A DNA stretch of 58,461 nucleotides, taken from the IMG/VR virus record IMGVR_UViG_3300033417_000009. One strand, given 5' to 3'. Of the stretch, positions 44,828-54,829 are shown one piece after another. Every line of letters begins with the position of its first letter. Position 1 is the first letter of the stretch. This DNA comes from a virus. The notes under the pieces are model-generated. The model worked only from the letters and a program-made list of their open reading frames with translations, ran no database searches and was not told where the DNA came from. Both the position numbers and the translations under genes were made by a program.

Positions 44828-45006
44828 TCCGGCTCTTCTGATCCCTGCCCCGCAGCTTGCTTACGCAAGAACTCATCCATCCTACGTTGCAGCTCCACCT
44901 CTGCTTCCGAGCGCTTCCGATCCTCACGCTTCTGTTTCAGCCAATAGCCACCAGCACGCCGGTCTGCCGCGTTCAGGTCAATAATCAAGGGGCTTCGTTT
45001 AGCCAT
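44824..45006 (-). CDS. Small charged protein (60 aa)
   Basis: SD ggaggtggg precedes the internal ATG. Sequence begins MAKRSPLIIDLNAADRRAGGYWLKQKRE... Confidence 0.45.
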   Translation of the reverse strand: MAKRSPLIIDLNAADRRAGGYWLKQKREDRKRSEAEVELQRRMDEFLRKQAAGQGSEEPE

Positions 45007-45086
45007 GCTTCCCACCTCCAGGGGGTTTTTGTACCAAGTACAACCCATTCTTTCTCTACGCCACTCCCTATCAATCGCCCCAGCCA

Positions 45087-46616
45087 CTACTCCCTCCCCG
45101 CTGGCACGCCATCTAGCACAAGCGCCGTCAACTCGGCATCAGCAAACACATCTACCCTCAGCATGTGCGAACGGGCCGTGGCAATCAGGTTGAAGAACCC
45201 ATCCCGCTGCAAATAAGCCACCGGCCCCGCCCACGGCTGCGGGAAAGGGTTGGGGTCAGGCGTTGGGTAGCCGTTCACCCTGCGTACCACCGACACCAGC
45301 CTGGCCACGTTATCAACGGGCCACTTTGCGAAGATGGGACGCACTCGGTTCAATTGATAGAAATTGATGCCATCCCCCAGCTCACCTGTAGTTACAAACC
45401 CTCCTACCGAAGGGCCATCTGCTGTGGCCAGTGCATGTGCATCGGTGATGATCGCGGGCACCAATGTCTCTTGTGAGACGCCGAACAGCGGGTCTCCGTA
45501 GGTTATCGCCGGGATGTTACCATAACTCCCGTAGGTCTCTTGAAATTGCTGGTAGGTGATGCCGGTAGCCGTGGCGTGAACGGGCTGCACCACCGCTTCC
45601 ACGCCCAACGGTAGGCCCTCCGTGTCCCGCACAAAACTGTGCGTCCACTTCCCCGTGCGCAAGTTGTGGATGAGCATTTCGTCCAGGGGTGCAGTGTCCC
45701 CTTCACGCTCCGTGTAGTGCCACACGGCCAGCGATTGCGTGGGGTCGTACCGAGCGACCGTCCGGGCCAGCCTCCGGGCGTCCATACGCCCCAGGAAGTG
45801 TTCCTTCACCGCGTTCTCCAACCTCGATAGCCCGTTGCCGTCAAAGGTGTAGAAGTCGTCTGGCCCCAAGAAAAGGTGCAGGTCATGCGCATTGGCCACC
45901 ACCTCGTGGCTCGTGGCCCCGACCACCTCGCTTACGCTAGTGAACGACCAGAAGAAGGGAGGGCCGGTGAACTGCCCGAACCACAGACTCCCCTCCTTGT
46001 ACATCACAATCCCATTCCTGATGCGCTTCAAGCCAACGATAGGGCCTGGTGTGCCACGCAGTGCTGCGGTCACTACCCCTGTCGCGATGCTCGGCGTCCA
46101 CAACGTATCCACAGGCGAGAAGTACCACTGGTTTGACCCCGGAGGCACCAAGAACACGCCCTCGTCCACCACCTCTACCAGTGACGCAAGCGGCGGTGCC
46201 ACATCGCTCAATTCAGCCAACGGAATGAATCGCTGTCCCGTCAACGACACTTGCACCGGGTCCGTGCCGTTGGTCGCCAGCACGTGGTTGCCGAACACCG
46301 CAAACCGCCAGCGCCCGCGTACCGGGTCCGTGCGAAAGGTGACGCCCTTTGCCCACTCTTCCCACACCCCACCCCGGAGCCGGTAAAGGTTCGCGGCCGT
46401 CCCTGCTATCACCACCCGCTGACCGCCCGTGAGAACAGCGCTGTGAGCGCCGAGGCACCGAGCGGGGAGGGCCGCGCCCGGCACCCACGACGCCAGCGTC
46501 TTCAACCCTTTCGTCGAGCCGAAAACGCCATCTGTGTTCGTCAGGACGCCTGCTGTGTTCGGGTCCGCATCGGGGCGCCAGTCCAACAATTGCATGGGGC
46601 GTTGCGCTGGCATCAC
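45087..46616 (-). CDS. Virion structural protein (509 aa), beta-propeller-like, in the tail tubular B / nozzle position
   Basis: Called by synteny after the capsid and adaptor genes. Repeated strand-rich segments are present. No named family was recognised. Confidence 0.45.
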   Translation of the reverse strand: MMPAQRPMQLLDWRPDADPNTAGVLTNTDGVFGSTKGLKTLASWVPGAALPARCLGAHSAVLTGGQRVVIAGTAANLYRLRGGVWEEWAKGVTFRTDPVRGRWRFAVFGNHVLATNGTDPVQVSLTGQRFIPLAELSDVAPPLASLVEVVDEGVFLVPPGSNQWYFSPVDTLWTPSIATGVVTAALRGTPGPIVGLKRIRNGIVMYKEGSLWFGQFTGPPFFWSFTSVSEVVGATSHEVVANAHDLHLFLGPDDFYTFDGNGLSRLENAVKEHFLGRMDARRLARTVARYDPTQSLAVWHYTEREGDTAPLDEMLIHNLRTGKWTHSFVRDTEGLPLGVEAVVQPVHATATGITYQQFQETYGSYGNIPAITYGDPLFGVSQETLVPAIITDAHALATADGPSVGGFVTTGELGDGINFYQLNRVRPIFAKWPVDNVARLVSVVRRVNGYPTPDPNPFPQPWAGPVAYLQRDGFFNLIATARSHMLRVDVFADAELTALVLDGVPAGRE

Positions 46617-46942
46617 CGAGGCCCTGGCGTTACGTCAGTACCCGTTATTGTGTCAATAACGCGGCCACTTATTATTACAAAACGGTTTGGGTGCTCCGAT
46701 GTTTTAAACTGCGATTCACCATGGTATTGTTGGTCAGTAACATTCCATTTGGGAATGGACCCGGCCTGCCACGCGGCTACATAGTCGTAATGGTGTTGTG
46801 GGTCGTAAGGGTTTAACTTGATTGGATGTGTGTTCCTAACGTTTTGCGCTTGCTGTAAAACACGGTGCCACCGTTCAAAAAGTGGCCTAGTAACATCCGT
46901 CAAATGCGCCGCTTGCCCATACTGTGTGAGCAACTGTCCCAT
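46613..46942 (-). CDS. Hypothetical structural-module protein (109 aa)
   Basis: Taken from the internal Met MGQLLTQYGQAAHL..., just after the upstream stop at 46947. Confidence 0.5.
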   Translation of the reverse strand: MGQLLTQYGQAAHLTDVTRPLFERWHRVLQQAQNVRNTHPIKLNPYDPQHHYDYVAAWQAGSIPKWNVTDQQYHGESQFKTSEHPNRFVIISGRVIDTITGTDVTPGPR

Positions 46943-46946
46943 CCTG

Positions 46947-47588
46947 TCACCACCACGCTCGCACCCGCTGTTGCGTGCTCTTCTCGATGGACTCGCCAAT
47001 GAGAGACATGAGATGCTCTTGCTCAGATTGCTTCATCATCGCGGCAAGGTCCGGCTCTTTCACAACAGTCTGATAAATCTCTGCCAGCGTCCCGTAGCGC
47101 ACTAAGTCCGCCGCGTTGGTTGTCCAAAAATTCGACACGGTGTCATCGGTAGGGATGGGCACTTTCCGCAAGCCGGTCAGTTCATAAGTATAGACCTGGT
47201 CCGGCGTCTGGAAGAAACGGATGCGGTCCCCCTGCCGCGACCAATGTGAGGGGATGCTTTGTACCGTGGGCTCTACGCTGTCTAGGTAAAGGAGCCGGTC
47301 CCAATGCTCTTCTTGCAAGTGTCGCCACACGTTCCCAAAGAGCAAACGCACAAGCGTTACCGCAATGAACGAAGGGGGAATCTGGTAGGTGTTGGCGCCT
47401 GCTACCGTTTGCAACACCGTTACCCCATCATCTGCAAGCTGGGATGTGACTGGCGTGGCGTAGAGGAACTTGCGCTGGTAGCGACGGATTACGGCCTCCA
47501 GCTTGTCGGCTACCACGTCGGTCAGGTCGTCGCGGCGAAGATCTTTGATGACCGCCTGCTTCAAGTCACCAAAATTTACAATGCTCAT
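46947..47588 (-). CDS. Structural protein (213 aa), in the adaptor / tail tubular A position
   Basis: Called by synteny. Sequence begins MSIVNFGDLKQAVIKDLRRDDLTD... Confidence 0.45.
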   Translation of the reverse strand: MSIVNFGDLKQAVIKDLRRDDLTDVVADKLEAVIRRYQRKFLYATPVTSQLADDGVTVLQTVAGANTYQIPPSFIAVTLVRLLFGNVWRHLQEEHWDRLLYLDSVEPTVQSIPSHWSRQGDRIRFFQTPDQVYTYELTGLRKVPIPTDDTVSNFWTTNAADLVRYGTLAEIYQTVVKEPDLAAMMKQSEQEHLMSLIGESIEKSTQQRVRAWW

Positions 47589-47689
47589 GACCACGCCCTA
47601 ACAGGCAGGGCACTCAGCACGACCCTGTAACTCCGGCTCTACCTCTTCCAACAACTCGGCAACGGTTTTGATTGATACACGCGCTCGAG

Positions 47690-47839
47690 CTACCGCCTGC
47701 CGCGCCGCTTCTTTTGGCCCTCCACGGCCTTGATCGTGCCCTTGTTCGCGCTCGCGTAGAAGACGCGCTCGCCCTTTTCCGCGCCGTACTTCTGCGCCAT
47801 CGCTCGCTTGATCTTCTTGCCTTTTTCGGTAAGCGGCAT
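47690..47839 (-). CDS. Small basic protein (49 aa)
   Basis: Strong SD AGGAGG lies 9 nt before the ATG. MPLTEKGKKIKRAMAQKYGAEKGERVFYASANKGTIKAVEGQKKRRGRR. It replaces the Arg-rich 81-aa track ORF in another frame. Confidence 0.55.
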   Translation of the reverse strand: MPLTEKGKKIKRAMAQKYGAEKGERVFYASANKGTIKAVEGQKKRRGRR

Positions 47840-47860
47840 TCAACGTCGCCTCCTACAACC

Positions 47861-48292
47861 TTATGGCCAAGCGCTCGTGTCGAACTTCATGAGCGGTTGC
47901 CCGTAGCAATCCAACACCGGCACGTTATGCGTCACATAAATGATGCACTTGCCAGGTAACGGCCCCCGGACCCGCGCCAAGCAAGGGCGGTTCTGCGTCT
48001 GGATAATGCCCATGATCTCCGGGCTCTCGAAGCCGCACGCCCTGGGTGTGTCTGTTGGCGTTGCTGTTATCGTTGGCGTCTGCGTGGGCGTGCTGGTCGG
48101 GGTATTCGTAGGCGTGAATGTTAGCGTTACTGTGGGCGTTTGGGTGGGCGTTTGGGTGGGCGTTTGGGTGGGCGTGTCTGTGGGCGTCTGCGTAGGCGTG
48201 TCTGTGGGTGTAGCAATAGGCGTATCGGCCTGGCCCAACGCTACCCCTGAGAAGAGCAGGAAGCCCGCCACGAGCCACAATCGTTTCATCAT
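47861..48292 (-). CDS. Secreted protein (143 aa): signal peptide, PT linker, small 4-Cys domain; inserted in the capsid/adaptor module
   Basis: SD ggaggg. [22 protein letters not shown], then (TPTxTP)n for about 70 aa, then RACGFES...PCLARV...GKCIIYV...LDCYGQ. Confidence 0.65.
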   Translation of the reverse strand: MMKRLWLVAGFLLFSGVALGQADTPIATPTDTPTQTPTDTPTQTPTQTPTQTPTVTLTFTPTNTPTSTPTQTPTITATPTDTPRACGFESPEIMGIIQTQNRPCLARVRGPLPGKCIIYVTHNVPVLDCYGQPLMKFDTSAWP

Positions 48293-48394
48293 CTCAACTG
48301 CCCTCCGGTTCGTATTGACAGGGGTACGGCACCGCCACTGGCCCCGCGCCAAAGGCAGCCACCGTACCCCTCGCCTTCGCTGCCGCGAAGCTCG

Positions 48395-48604
48395 TCAGTA
48401 CGCCTTCTTGCCACGCTTGCGCCCACTGCCATGAGTCGTTGGCTCGCGACCAACTTTCTCAGTGCAGCTTTCGCTGGCGAACGTGCCCTTGTGCGATTGC
48501 ACACCGGTGAACCCATCGTTGCCGGGACCCAACTTCGTATTCTGTATCCCACCCGCAACCGGGTTTTCCATGTACCCGCCACGCCTGCTTGCTCGTGATG
48601 CCAT
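48395..48604 (-). CDS. Small basic protein (69 aa)
   Basis: Strong SD gaaggaaggaga precedes the ATG. Confidence 0.5.
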   Translation of the reverse strand: MASRASRRGGYMENPVAGGIQNTKLGPGNDGFTGVQSHKGTFASESCTEKVGREPTTHGSGRKRGKKAY

Positions 48605-48663
48605 TCTCGTTCTCCTTCCTTCAGGGGCCTTTCGGCCTCCTCAGTTTGTTTTACCAGAGTGCC

Positions 48664-49179
48664 CTAAAATACGCCAACCGAGCGCATGTTGTAGGTGACG
48701 GACCCTTTGATGATACCGCCGCTTCCAGCGCCCGCGCCACCAGCCGCCGCCAGCAATTGGAGTACATCATCTGCCGTCACTGTGAGCGGCACGCTCCCCG
48801 CCACAATCCCGTTCGGGTTGTTCGTGGGGCTGGCAACCGCTGCCGACCGCCCGGCCGTGGACCCATCAAGGAACGCGTCGGCGTCCTGAGTAGCAAGGCC
48901 GAAATCAAACGTGTTCGTGGTCGCCGAGTCGATGTCCGGCAGGTCCAGATACCAGCTCGTAATCCGGGCGCCCTTCGGGATCTTGCAGCACTGCAAGATG
49001 TCAGCGGTCACGAACAGGTGATCGGTGGCCAGGTCCCCTGTATCGAACATGAAGTCTACCGTGATGTCCCCGCCGTGCCCGGCGTCCACAACCGCCGAGT
49101 GGTTGTCGTACGGGATACCACCGGAGATGGTCCCGTCACCATCATCAGTGGCCCCAATCGTTGCTTTGTAAGTAGCCAT
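48664..49179 (-). CDS. Structural protein directly after the major capsid gene (171 aa), decoration candidate
   Basis: Strong SD gaaggagga. Called from its position. It is beta-rich and Gly/Asp/Thr-rich. Confidence 0.5.
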   Translation of the reverse strand: MATYKATIGATDDGDGTISGGIPYDNHSAVVDAGHGGDITVDFMFDTGDLATDHLFVTADILQCCKIPKGARITSWYLDLPDIDSATTNTFDFGLATQDADAFLDGSTAGRSAAVASPTNNPNGIVAGSVPLTVTADDVLQLLAAAGGAGAGSGGIIKGSVTYNMRSVGVF

Positions 49180-49214
49180 TCTTCAATCCTCCTTCAGCCC
49201 GTGCAGCAAGCTGC

Positions 49215-50318
49215 TTAAACGTTGGCCTCAAACGAAGAGACGGTCACAACCCCGTAGTCTTCGCTGTTGAACCGGGTCTTTTTCATGCCGAAGATCGCGC
49301 CCGCAGCCACCCGCAACTGGTTGCCGCCGTCGAACAGCTCCTCAAACCACTTGAGCCGCATGTCATCGCTGTACGCTCGGCCAAACGCCAAGCACAGGGC
49401 TTGCGCCCCAACGAAGAAGCCACGGGCCACGCTCGCCGTCCCCAGTGCGTTGTACCGTGTCCGGCCACCCACAACCGCTTGCGCCGCGCTCCCATAGGGA
49501 GCATACGCAGATTCGTGGATGATGACATTGTTGTAGAGCCCGATGGCTCCGGAGAAGATGGGGTTCTTGGTAATCTGCCCGCCGGCCAGCGCATCACTCT
49601 GGATAGCTCCCCATTGCCCTGCCGTAAAATTGGCTCGCAGGGAACGGGTCTGGAGCGGGTGAATGAACATCACCCCAAAGATTTCCATACCATCAAGCTG
49701 AATGGGCCTGATCGGCGTTACCCGCGTGTGCGCGATGGCCACACAGGTGTCGATCAAGTCAATGGTGAACCCGTTGCCGTTGACCAGTGCCCCTTCGTTC
49801 GCGGCACCCGCCGCAATCACCATTGACGATGGTGCTGACACAGCGTTGTTGCCGGTGTAGCGAGTGTCAGCCTGGTTGGTGTTACCGGCAAGATGGTTCA
49901 CAGCGCTCACCTCGAAACGCTTCGCCCACCAGTTGGCCAGCTTTAGCTTGGCCTGGTCCCGTTTGTTGAAGGGCACACGCTGCTGAGACATCGCCCCCTT
50001 CACCAGAACTGGGTGCCGAAGCTGATTGATGACCAGCGAGTCCGTGAACGTGCTGATCGCTTCCTCGTTGCCTGCGAGGATGTTGTCACCCTGCACGCCA
50101 GCGCCTTCCAGCTCGGCCAGGATGTCGTAGGTGATCTGGTCACCTTCACTCTTCTGCGTGTCGTCGAGAATCTGGCAAATGTTCTGCCCGTCCTCCACGC
50201 TGCTGGAAATGTTGCACAGCTTCCACACAGTGGTTGCCTGGATCGCCTGTTTGAAGAGGCGGTGCGAGAACAACTTGACTGTTGCGGCGTCATTCACGCC
50301 GTAATTCCACTCTGCCAT
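49215..50318 (-). CDS. Major capsid protein, HK97-fold, N4 gp56-like family
   Basis: SEGDQITYDILAELEGAGVQGDNILAGNEEAISTFTDSLVINQLRHPVLVKGAMSQQRV...KLANWWAKRFE matches the N4-gp56 family signature (GD.it..l...l.g.Gv.Gd..l.GnEEal....d.v.I..lRh). Confidence 0.8.
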   Translation of the reverse strand: MAEWNYGVNDAATVKLFSHRLFKQAIQATTVWKLCNISSSVEDGQNICQILDDTQKSEGDQITYDILAELEGAGVQGDNILAGNEEAISTFTDSLVINQLRHPVLVKGAMSQQRVPFNKRDQAKLKLANWWAKRFEVSAVNHLAGNTNQADTRYTGNNAVSAPSSMVIAAGAANEGALVNGNGFTIDLIDTCVAIAHTRVTPIRPIQLDGMEIFGVMFIHPLQTRSLRANFTAGQWGAIQSDALAGGQITKNPIFSGAIGLYNNVIIHESAYAPYGSAAQAVVGGRTRYNALGTASVARGFFVGAQALCLAFGRAYSDDMRLKWFEELFDGGNQLRVAAGAIFGMKKTRFNSEDYGVVTVSSFEANV

Positions 50319-50534
50319 AAGCCTTTCCTCCTGTTCGTCACCAGTGCCCCATGCACCGGCTGTTCAGCTTTTGGTTTCGTTTATCGCCCGAAACCAGGCA
50401 GGGGATCGCGTGCTTCTACCGCGCCGCCATCTGTGCGCTTGCGCTCGCTTTTTTAAAGGGCATGGAGTCCCACAGTCAGCCAGCTAGACTGGTATTAACT
50501 TGTCACAACACCGCCCATAGTGTCAAGCCGTGTT

Positions 50535-51164
50535 TTATTCTGGCGTTATCAACTTCCGGGGGCTGCGCTCGTACCATGTCCAGTTCACGGCTACCAATCC
50601 AGCCCCCTGACAAGACAGGTAAGCATTTCCAGAAGGCAAGCACGGTCCCCGCACACCCCAACTCTGAGTCACTGTCGAAGAACCTTGTGTGGCTGCTGTA
50701 GCAGGAAAAACCACACCCCAGTAAGTTGTGTCACCCGCAGCGTTTGCAAACGATAACAGTGTCTCATCTATACTTGTTATGGTTACTTCAATTGACCCAA
50801 GGCACACGTGCCCGTCGATCTCTTTTGGTATACTCGCCAACACTACCGGATCTCCAGAACAATCCGCGAACAGGTAATGCTGTGTGTAGAATACCGTTTC
50901 ACGTTCATGCCATGGAATATAAGCGACTTGTGGGGTGGACACCGGCGTCCACGTTGGAGTAGTCGTGTTCGTCGGCGTACTTGTCGGCCCCGGCGTATTC
51001 GTGTCAGTTGGCGTGCTCGTAGGCACCGGCGTATTCGTCGGCGTGTTCGTTGGCGCCAGGGTCTTCGTAGGCGACGTGGTATGAGTGTTCACCTGGGCAC
51101 TTGCAGTTGTTACCGCAAGCCACACCAACGCTGCCACCATCACCACAATTCTCATCGAATGCAT
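50535..51164 (-). CDS. Secreted protein (209 aa): signal peptide, PT linker, C-terminal domain; inserted between the scaffold and capsid genes
   Basis: SD gagaggagg. MHSMRIVVMVAALVWLAVTTASA/QV, then [36 protein letters not shown]. Confidence 0.65.
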   Translation of the reverse strand: MHSMRIVVMVAALVWLAVTTASAQVNTHTTSPTKTLAPTNTPTNTPVPTSTPTDTNTPGPTSTPTNTTTPTWTPVSTPQVAYIPWHERETVFYTQHYLFADCSGDPVVLASIPKEIDGHVCLGSIEVTITSIDETLLSFANAAGDTTYWGVVFPATAATQGSSTVTQSWGVRGPCLPSGNAYLSCQGAGLVAVNWTWYERSPRKLITPE

Positions 51165-51195
51165 ACCCCGCCTCCTCTCTCGTCCTTTACACGAC

Positions 51196-52308
51196 CTAGC
51201 CGCTAGCCAGCAAGGTGTCCAGCAAACCAGGATTCTCCCTGTCAATCTTTGCAAGCTGGCGTTCGCTCATGTTGATGATGTCTTCCCGGGTCAACTGCGG
51301 CTTGCTGGAAGTGCTCCCACTGGTGCTAGAGAGCGAACCCTGCTCGACCTGTGACCGTTGCTTCGACTCCCGCACCTTTTCCACTGCCGTTTTCGGCTTC
51401 GTGATTGCTTCTGGGACCTGCGGTGCTACCGCTGGAGCTTTCCCGGACCACCCATCGGCCACCGCTACCTCGTAGAGTATCTCCGGCAACGGCCTTCGCG
51501 TCTCCTGCGCCACCTGTAACGCAACACCAAGCCGCTGTTGAAGAACCTGTTCCATCATCTGATCCGGGACCCCCGCCGCTTTCAACCGCGCCGTCTCTCG
51601 TTGCTCCAGAAAATTCATGGCGTCATCGTAATCCGCTTTCTGCGCCTTGACCGTTGCGATCTGCGCGTTCAACACTTGCTGCTGTTGGAGTGCGTGCTGT
51701 TGCTGCGCCAAGTAAGCAATTTGCTGTTGTGCTTGTATCGTCTGCACCCGACTCGCCTCTAGCGGGTCTTCTTGCCACAGTTGAGCCAGTTCTGTGTCTG
51801 TGTACGGTCGATCGAGGCCAGGGCGACCCTGCTGCTGGTCCTGCTGCCCCCGCCCCTGTAACGTGGATAGCAACTGCTGGAATTGTTGCTGCTGCTGTTC
51901 CAGCGCCACGAACCGGGCTTGCGCCTCATCGCGTTCCCGTTGCGCCTGTCGCAGGTCGGACCACCGAGGGTTCTTTCGCCTCTTCTTCTCGGCGTCAGTT
52001 TCCTGCGCAGTCTCCATGCCCTCCAGGTTTTCATCCCCTTCCGGCTCACCCTCCGGCTCTTCTTCGGGCTCCGGTTCTGCTTCCGGATCTGGAGTAACCT
52101 CGGGCTTCGGCGTGTCTCCTTCCCCATCTGGCGGGGCCTCCGGCTGTACCTCAACACCGTCTGACTCTTCTGGGGGCTCCTCTGGCAACTCCGGCTCTAC
52201 CCCAAAGAAGTTGTCATGGGCCGGTTTAATCGCGGGCTCCGGCGGCGCCTCAGCGCCAAGCGTGTTCGCACTTCCCTGTACCTGTGCCGCGGCAGCTCTC
52301 TTAGCCAT
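51196..52308 (-). CDS. Scaffolding protein (370 aa)
   Basis: It lies between the portal and capsid genes. It has an acidic PE-rich N-region and a Gln-rich coiled coil (ALEQQQQQFQQLLSTLQGRGQQDQQQ). SD gagaggaga precedes the ATG at 52308. Confidence 0.7.
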   Translation of the reverse strand: MAKRAAAAQVQGSANTLGAEAPPEPAIKPAHDNFFGVEPELPEEPPEESDGVEVQPEAPPDGEGDTPKPEVTPDPEAEPEPEEEPEGEPEGDENLEGMETAQETDAEKKRRKNPRWSDLRQAQRERDEAQARFVALEQQQQQFQQLLSTLQGRGQQDQQQGRPGLDRPYTDTELAQLWQEDPLEASRVQTIQAQQQIAYLAQQQHALQQQQVLNAQIATVKAQKADYDDAMNFLEQRETARLKAAGVPDQMMEQVLQQRLGVALQVAQETRRPLPEILYEVAVADGWSGKAPAVAPQVPEAITKPKTAVEKVRESKQRSQVEQGSLSSTSGSTSSKPQLTREDIINMSERQLAKIDRENPGLLDTLLASG

Positions 52309-54505
52309 TCCTGTTGTCTCCTCTCTTCTGTTGTAGTTGTGCCAACGAGCGCACAATCGTTTGATCTTCCTGCGAACGCTGGCGCCCACCTTCCCGCGCC
52401 CCGTCCGCGAACGTCTTCACCAGTTGCATAAACTCATCGCTGGCGTTCTTCATCTCAACTATACCCACTTGCTGTTGCTGGATGCGCTCATCGCTCTGGA
52501 TGTCCATAGCTTTTAGTTGAGCCTCAATCTGCGCCCGTACCTTGTCGTCCTTGATCTTCTCTACCGTTGCCCACGCCTGTGCTTCTGCCAGCGCTGCTTC
52601 CGCCGCAACCTTTCGCGCCCTCGCCTGGATCTCAGCAAAGGATTGCGGTTTCCCACGCCCGCCACCACCAAGCCCTTGCATCACCGCTTTCTGCTCCGCT
52701 TCAGCGTGATCAGTCATCGCTTTCTTCAACTTACGTCGCAGGGAAGCAGGTAGCGGTAAGAAATCAATGAACTCCGGTAGCATGTTGCCTGTGCGAATGA
52801 GCATCGGGGCCAGGTTTGCAAGCGTGCGCATCCACTCCTCACGCACGTGTGGGTCACGGGTGCCTTCATCCAGCACCACGTCATATTCCAGAAAGAGGGG
52901 CGCCTTCGTAAGCTGGATATACTGCCCGTCATCTTGCCCGCCCACGCGCACCACCCGGTCGTCAGCCACCAATTGCAGGTGGTCAAACACTGTTCGCGCT
53001 TCGTTGAAGCGATAACGGCGTAGTGATTCAAACTCCACCGCCAGCAACAACTGTGCGCTTGCCTGCCGTTGTACAAGCGTCACCTGTGCCTCGTCGCCGG
53101 TGCCCATACCCATACTTACTTCTGGGTCAATGCCCGTGACCTCGCGCAACATCTGGGCGCAAGTCGTGAACATCTGCACGCTACCTTCTGGCAGTGAAGG
53201 GCCTTTCTTTTCTACTACTGACCCACGAGACAACGCCCCATCGTTCAAGTAAGTGATGGAGCCAGTCTTAGCCCAAGTGTCCTCAGCCTGCTGTGGGTTG
53301 TAAAGGGCGCCGATCTCAGCCAGTAACCCGCCCTTGGCGTTTCGGGTGATGACCTCCATCACCTGATTGGCAAACTTGGTCATGTACCGCTGCGGGTCCA
53401 CCAACAAGCGCATGAAACCGTACCACAGCTTCTTATCTTCATCCCACTGCCCAGTCATGCAGTTGTAGGTGAACCGTTTGCCGAGCAGCGGGAATGGCCC
53501 GGCCACCACGTTGTTGCCGATCAAGATGGCACGCTTGTAGTCGCGGCCGATGACGCGGTCATGCTCGATCTCAGGCGAGACCGGGTTGCCCCTCGCAATC
53601 AACGCTGGTGCTAGCACCTTGCGCCACTTGCGCTCATAGTTCTCAAACTCCTCTTCGGCAAGCCAATCGTCTTCGCCGGTGATGGGGTCTACAAAGTAAA
53701 CACCCATCACTTCTTCGTAGAATTGGAACTCCACCACCTCAACGTTGCCGGGGCGTAGGGTAGACCACCCAGGATGTTCGCCTTCCACCGGCTCAGCGCT
53801 CACCTCGGATGTGAGATTGGAGCGCCCGGGCATGGCGTTCTCGTTGTCGCGCCCAGTCGCTGCGAGGATGGCACCCCGATGCTTGTGGCCCCACCGAATC
53901 AACGCCTCAGCCTTAGTAATTTGCCGAATGCGTGCTACCCACTTTGCATCTTCCAGACAGGGACGTGTGCTATTGATGTCCCACGCCATCTCATGACCGT
54001 CAATCCTGGAAATAGTAATGAGACCTGCTTCATCCCGTGAACGGTCGAAGGCAACATCAGTCCACCCCATCCCTCGCGCTACCATATCAGTGAATGCACG
54101 AGAACGCTCAGCGTCACCATTCGAGGATTGCACTACCCAGTTGTGCATCTTGGTAGTAAGATCGGCCGCACCCTGTTGCTTCTCATCCATCACATTCCGA
54201 GGCAGAAACTCCACCTCCGCACGGCTCTTCGTTTCCAGCCCGTACAAGTAACGAAGCCACTTCGATGCCGCGTTGAACACCGCGTTGGGGCGCCCATCAA
54301 GGCGCAGTTGTTCTTCATCAGCGGGTGTGAAGTGGTGGCCGGCAAGAAAACGGTCGATCTCCCCTGCCTGCTTACGCCACCGGCTCACAGCCTCTTTGGA
54401 GCTACTGATCTGCCGCCATGCCCATACCGCAAAAGGATTCCCCGTGGCTTGTACTGTAGTTTCTCGGCCTACTTCCAGCACCCGTCTGTCTTCAAGGTTC
54501 GCCAT
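52301..54505 (-). CDS. Portal protein (734 aa)
   Basis: Called from its size and its position between the terminase and scaffold genes. The podovirus-type portal appearance is judged by eye, with no named motif. Confidence 0.7.
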   Translation of the reverse strand: MANLEDRRVLEVGRETTVQATGNPFAVWAWRQISSSKEAVSRWRKQAGEIDRFLAGHHFTPADEEQLRLDGRPNAVFNAASKWLRYLYGLETKSRAEVEFLPRNVMDEKQQGAADLTTKMHNWVVQSSNGDAERSRAFTDMVARGMGWTDVAFDRSRDEAGLITISRIDGHEMAWDINSTRPCLEDAKWVARIRQITKAEALIRWGHKHRGAILAATGRDNENAMPGRSNLTSEVSAEPVEGEHPGWSTLRPGNVEVVEFQFYEEVMGVYFVDPITGEDDWLAEEEFENYERKWRKVLAPALIARGNPVSPEIEHDRVIGRDYKRAILIGNNVVAGPFPLLGKRFTYNCMTGQWDEDKKLWYGFMRLLVDPQRYMTKFANQVMEVITRNAKGGLLAEIGALYNPQQAEDTWAKTGSITYLNDGALSRGSVVEKKGPSLPEGSVQMFTTCAQMLREVTGIDPEVSMGMGTGDEAQVTLVQRQASAQLLLAVEFESLRRYRFNEARTVFDHLQLVADDRVVRVGGQDDGQYIQLTKAPLFLEYDVVLDEGTRDPHVREEWMRTLANLAPMLIRTGNMLPEFIDFLPLPASLRRKLKKAMTDHAEAEQKAVMQGLGGGGRGKPQSFAEIQARARKVAAEAALAEAQAWATVEKIKDDKVRAQIEAQLKAMDIQSDERIQQQQVGIVEMKNASDEFMQLVKTFADGAREGGRQRSQEDQTIVRSLAQLQQKRGDNRNG

Positions 54506-54514
54506 CCACTACCC

Positions 54515-54829
54515 CTAGTGCTCTACCGCCCTCGTCAGCAGGGAGAATACACCATCCGGGTCACGGATTACCACTGCTCCAAACAGGGCGTCACGGGCCA
54601 CGGTACGGCGCACCCCGCTGGCTTTTATCGTGCGCGTGTCAGGTACGTAGTGCTCCATCACCAGGCCTTCCCCATCTTCGGTGAACCCAACCGGGCACAG
54701 GTAGCCGGGTATCTGTCTCACTTGCCACCGTGTGTCAGGGTAGAAGCGCTCTGCCAACAGCTTCACGGCAAGTGGCAACCCTTCATACCACCCGCATAGA
54801 TCAAGGTAATCAGCAACGGTCATTTCCAT
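54515..54829 (-). CDS. Hypothetical protein (104 aa)
   Basis: It is coupled to the TerL nuclease ORF (ATGA overlap). Confidence 0.55.
   Translation of the reverse strand: MEMTVADYLDLCGWYEGLPLAVKLLAERFYPDTRWQVRQIPGYLCPVGFTEDGEGLVMEHYVPDTRTIKASGVRRTVARDALFGAVVIRDPDGVFSLLTRAVEH

Noticed and set aside
47598-47843. The 81-aa minus-strand track ORF (MNAAYRKRQEDQ...).
   Set aside because: It has a TTG start and Arg/Gly-rich sequence that is not protein-like. A 49-aa ORF in another frame (47690..47839) has AGGAGG at ideal spacing and a plausible basic-protein sequence.
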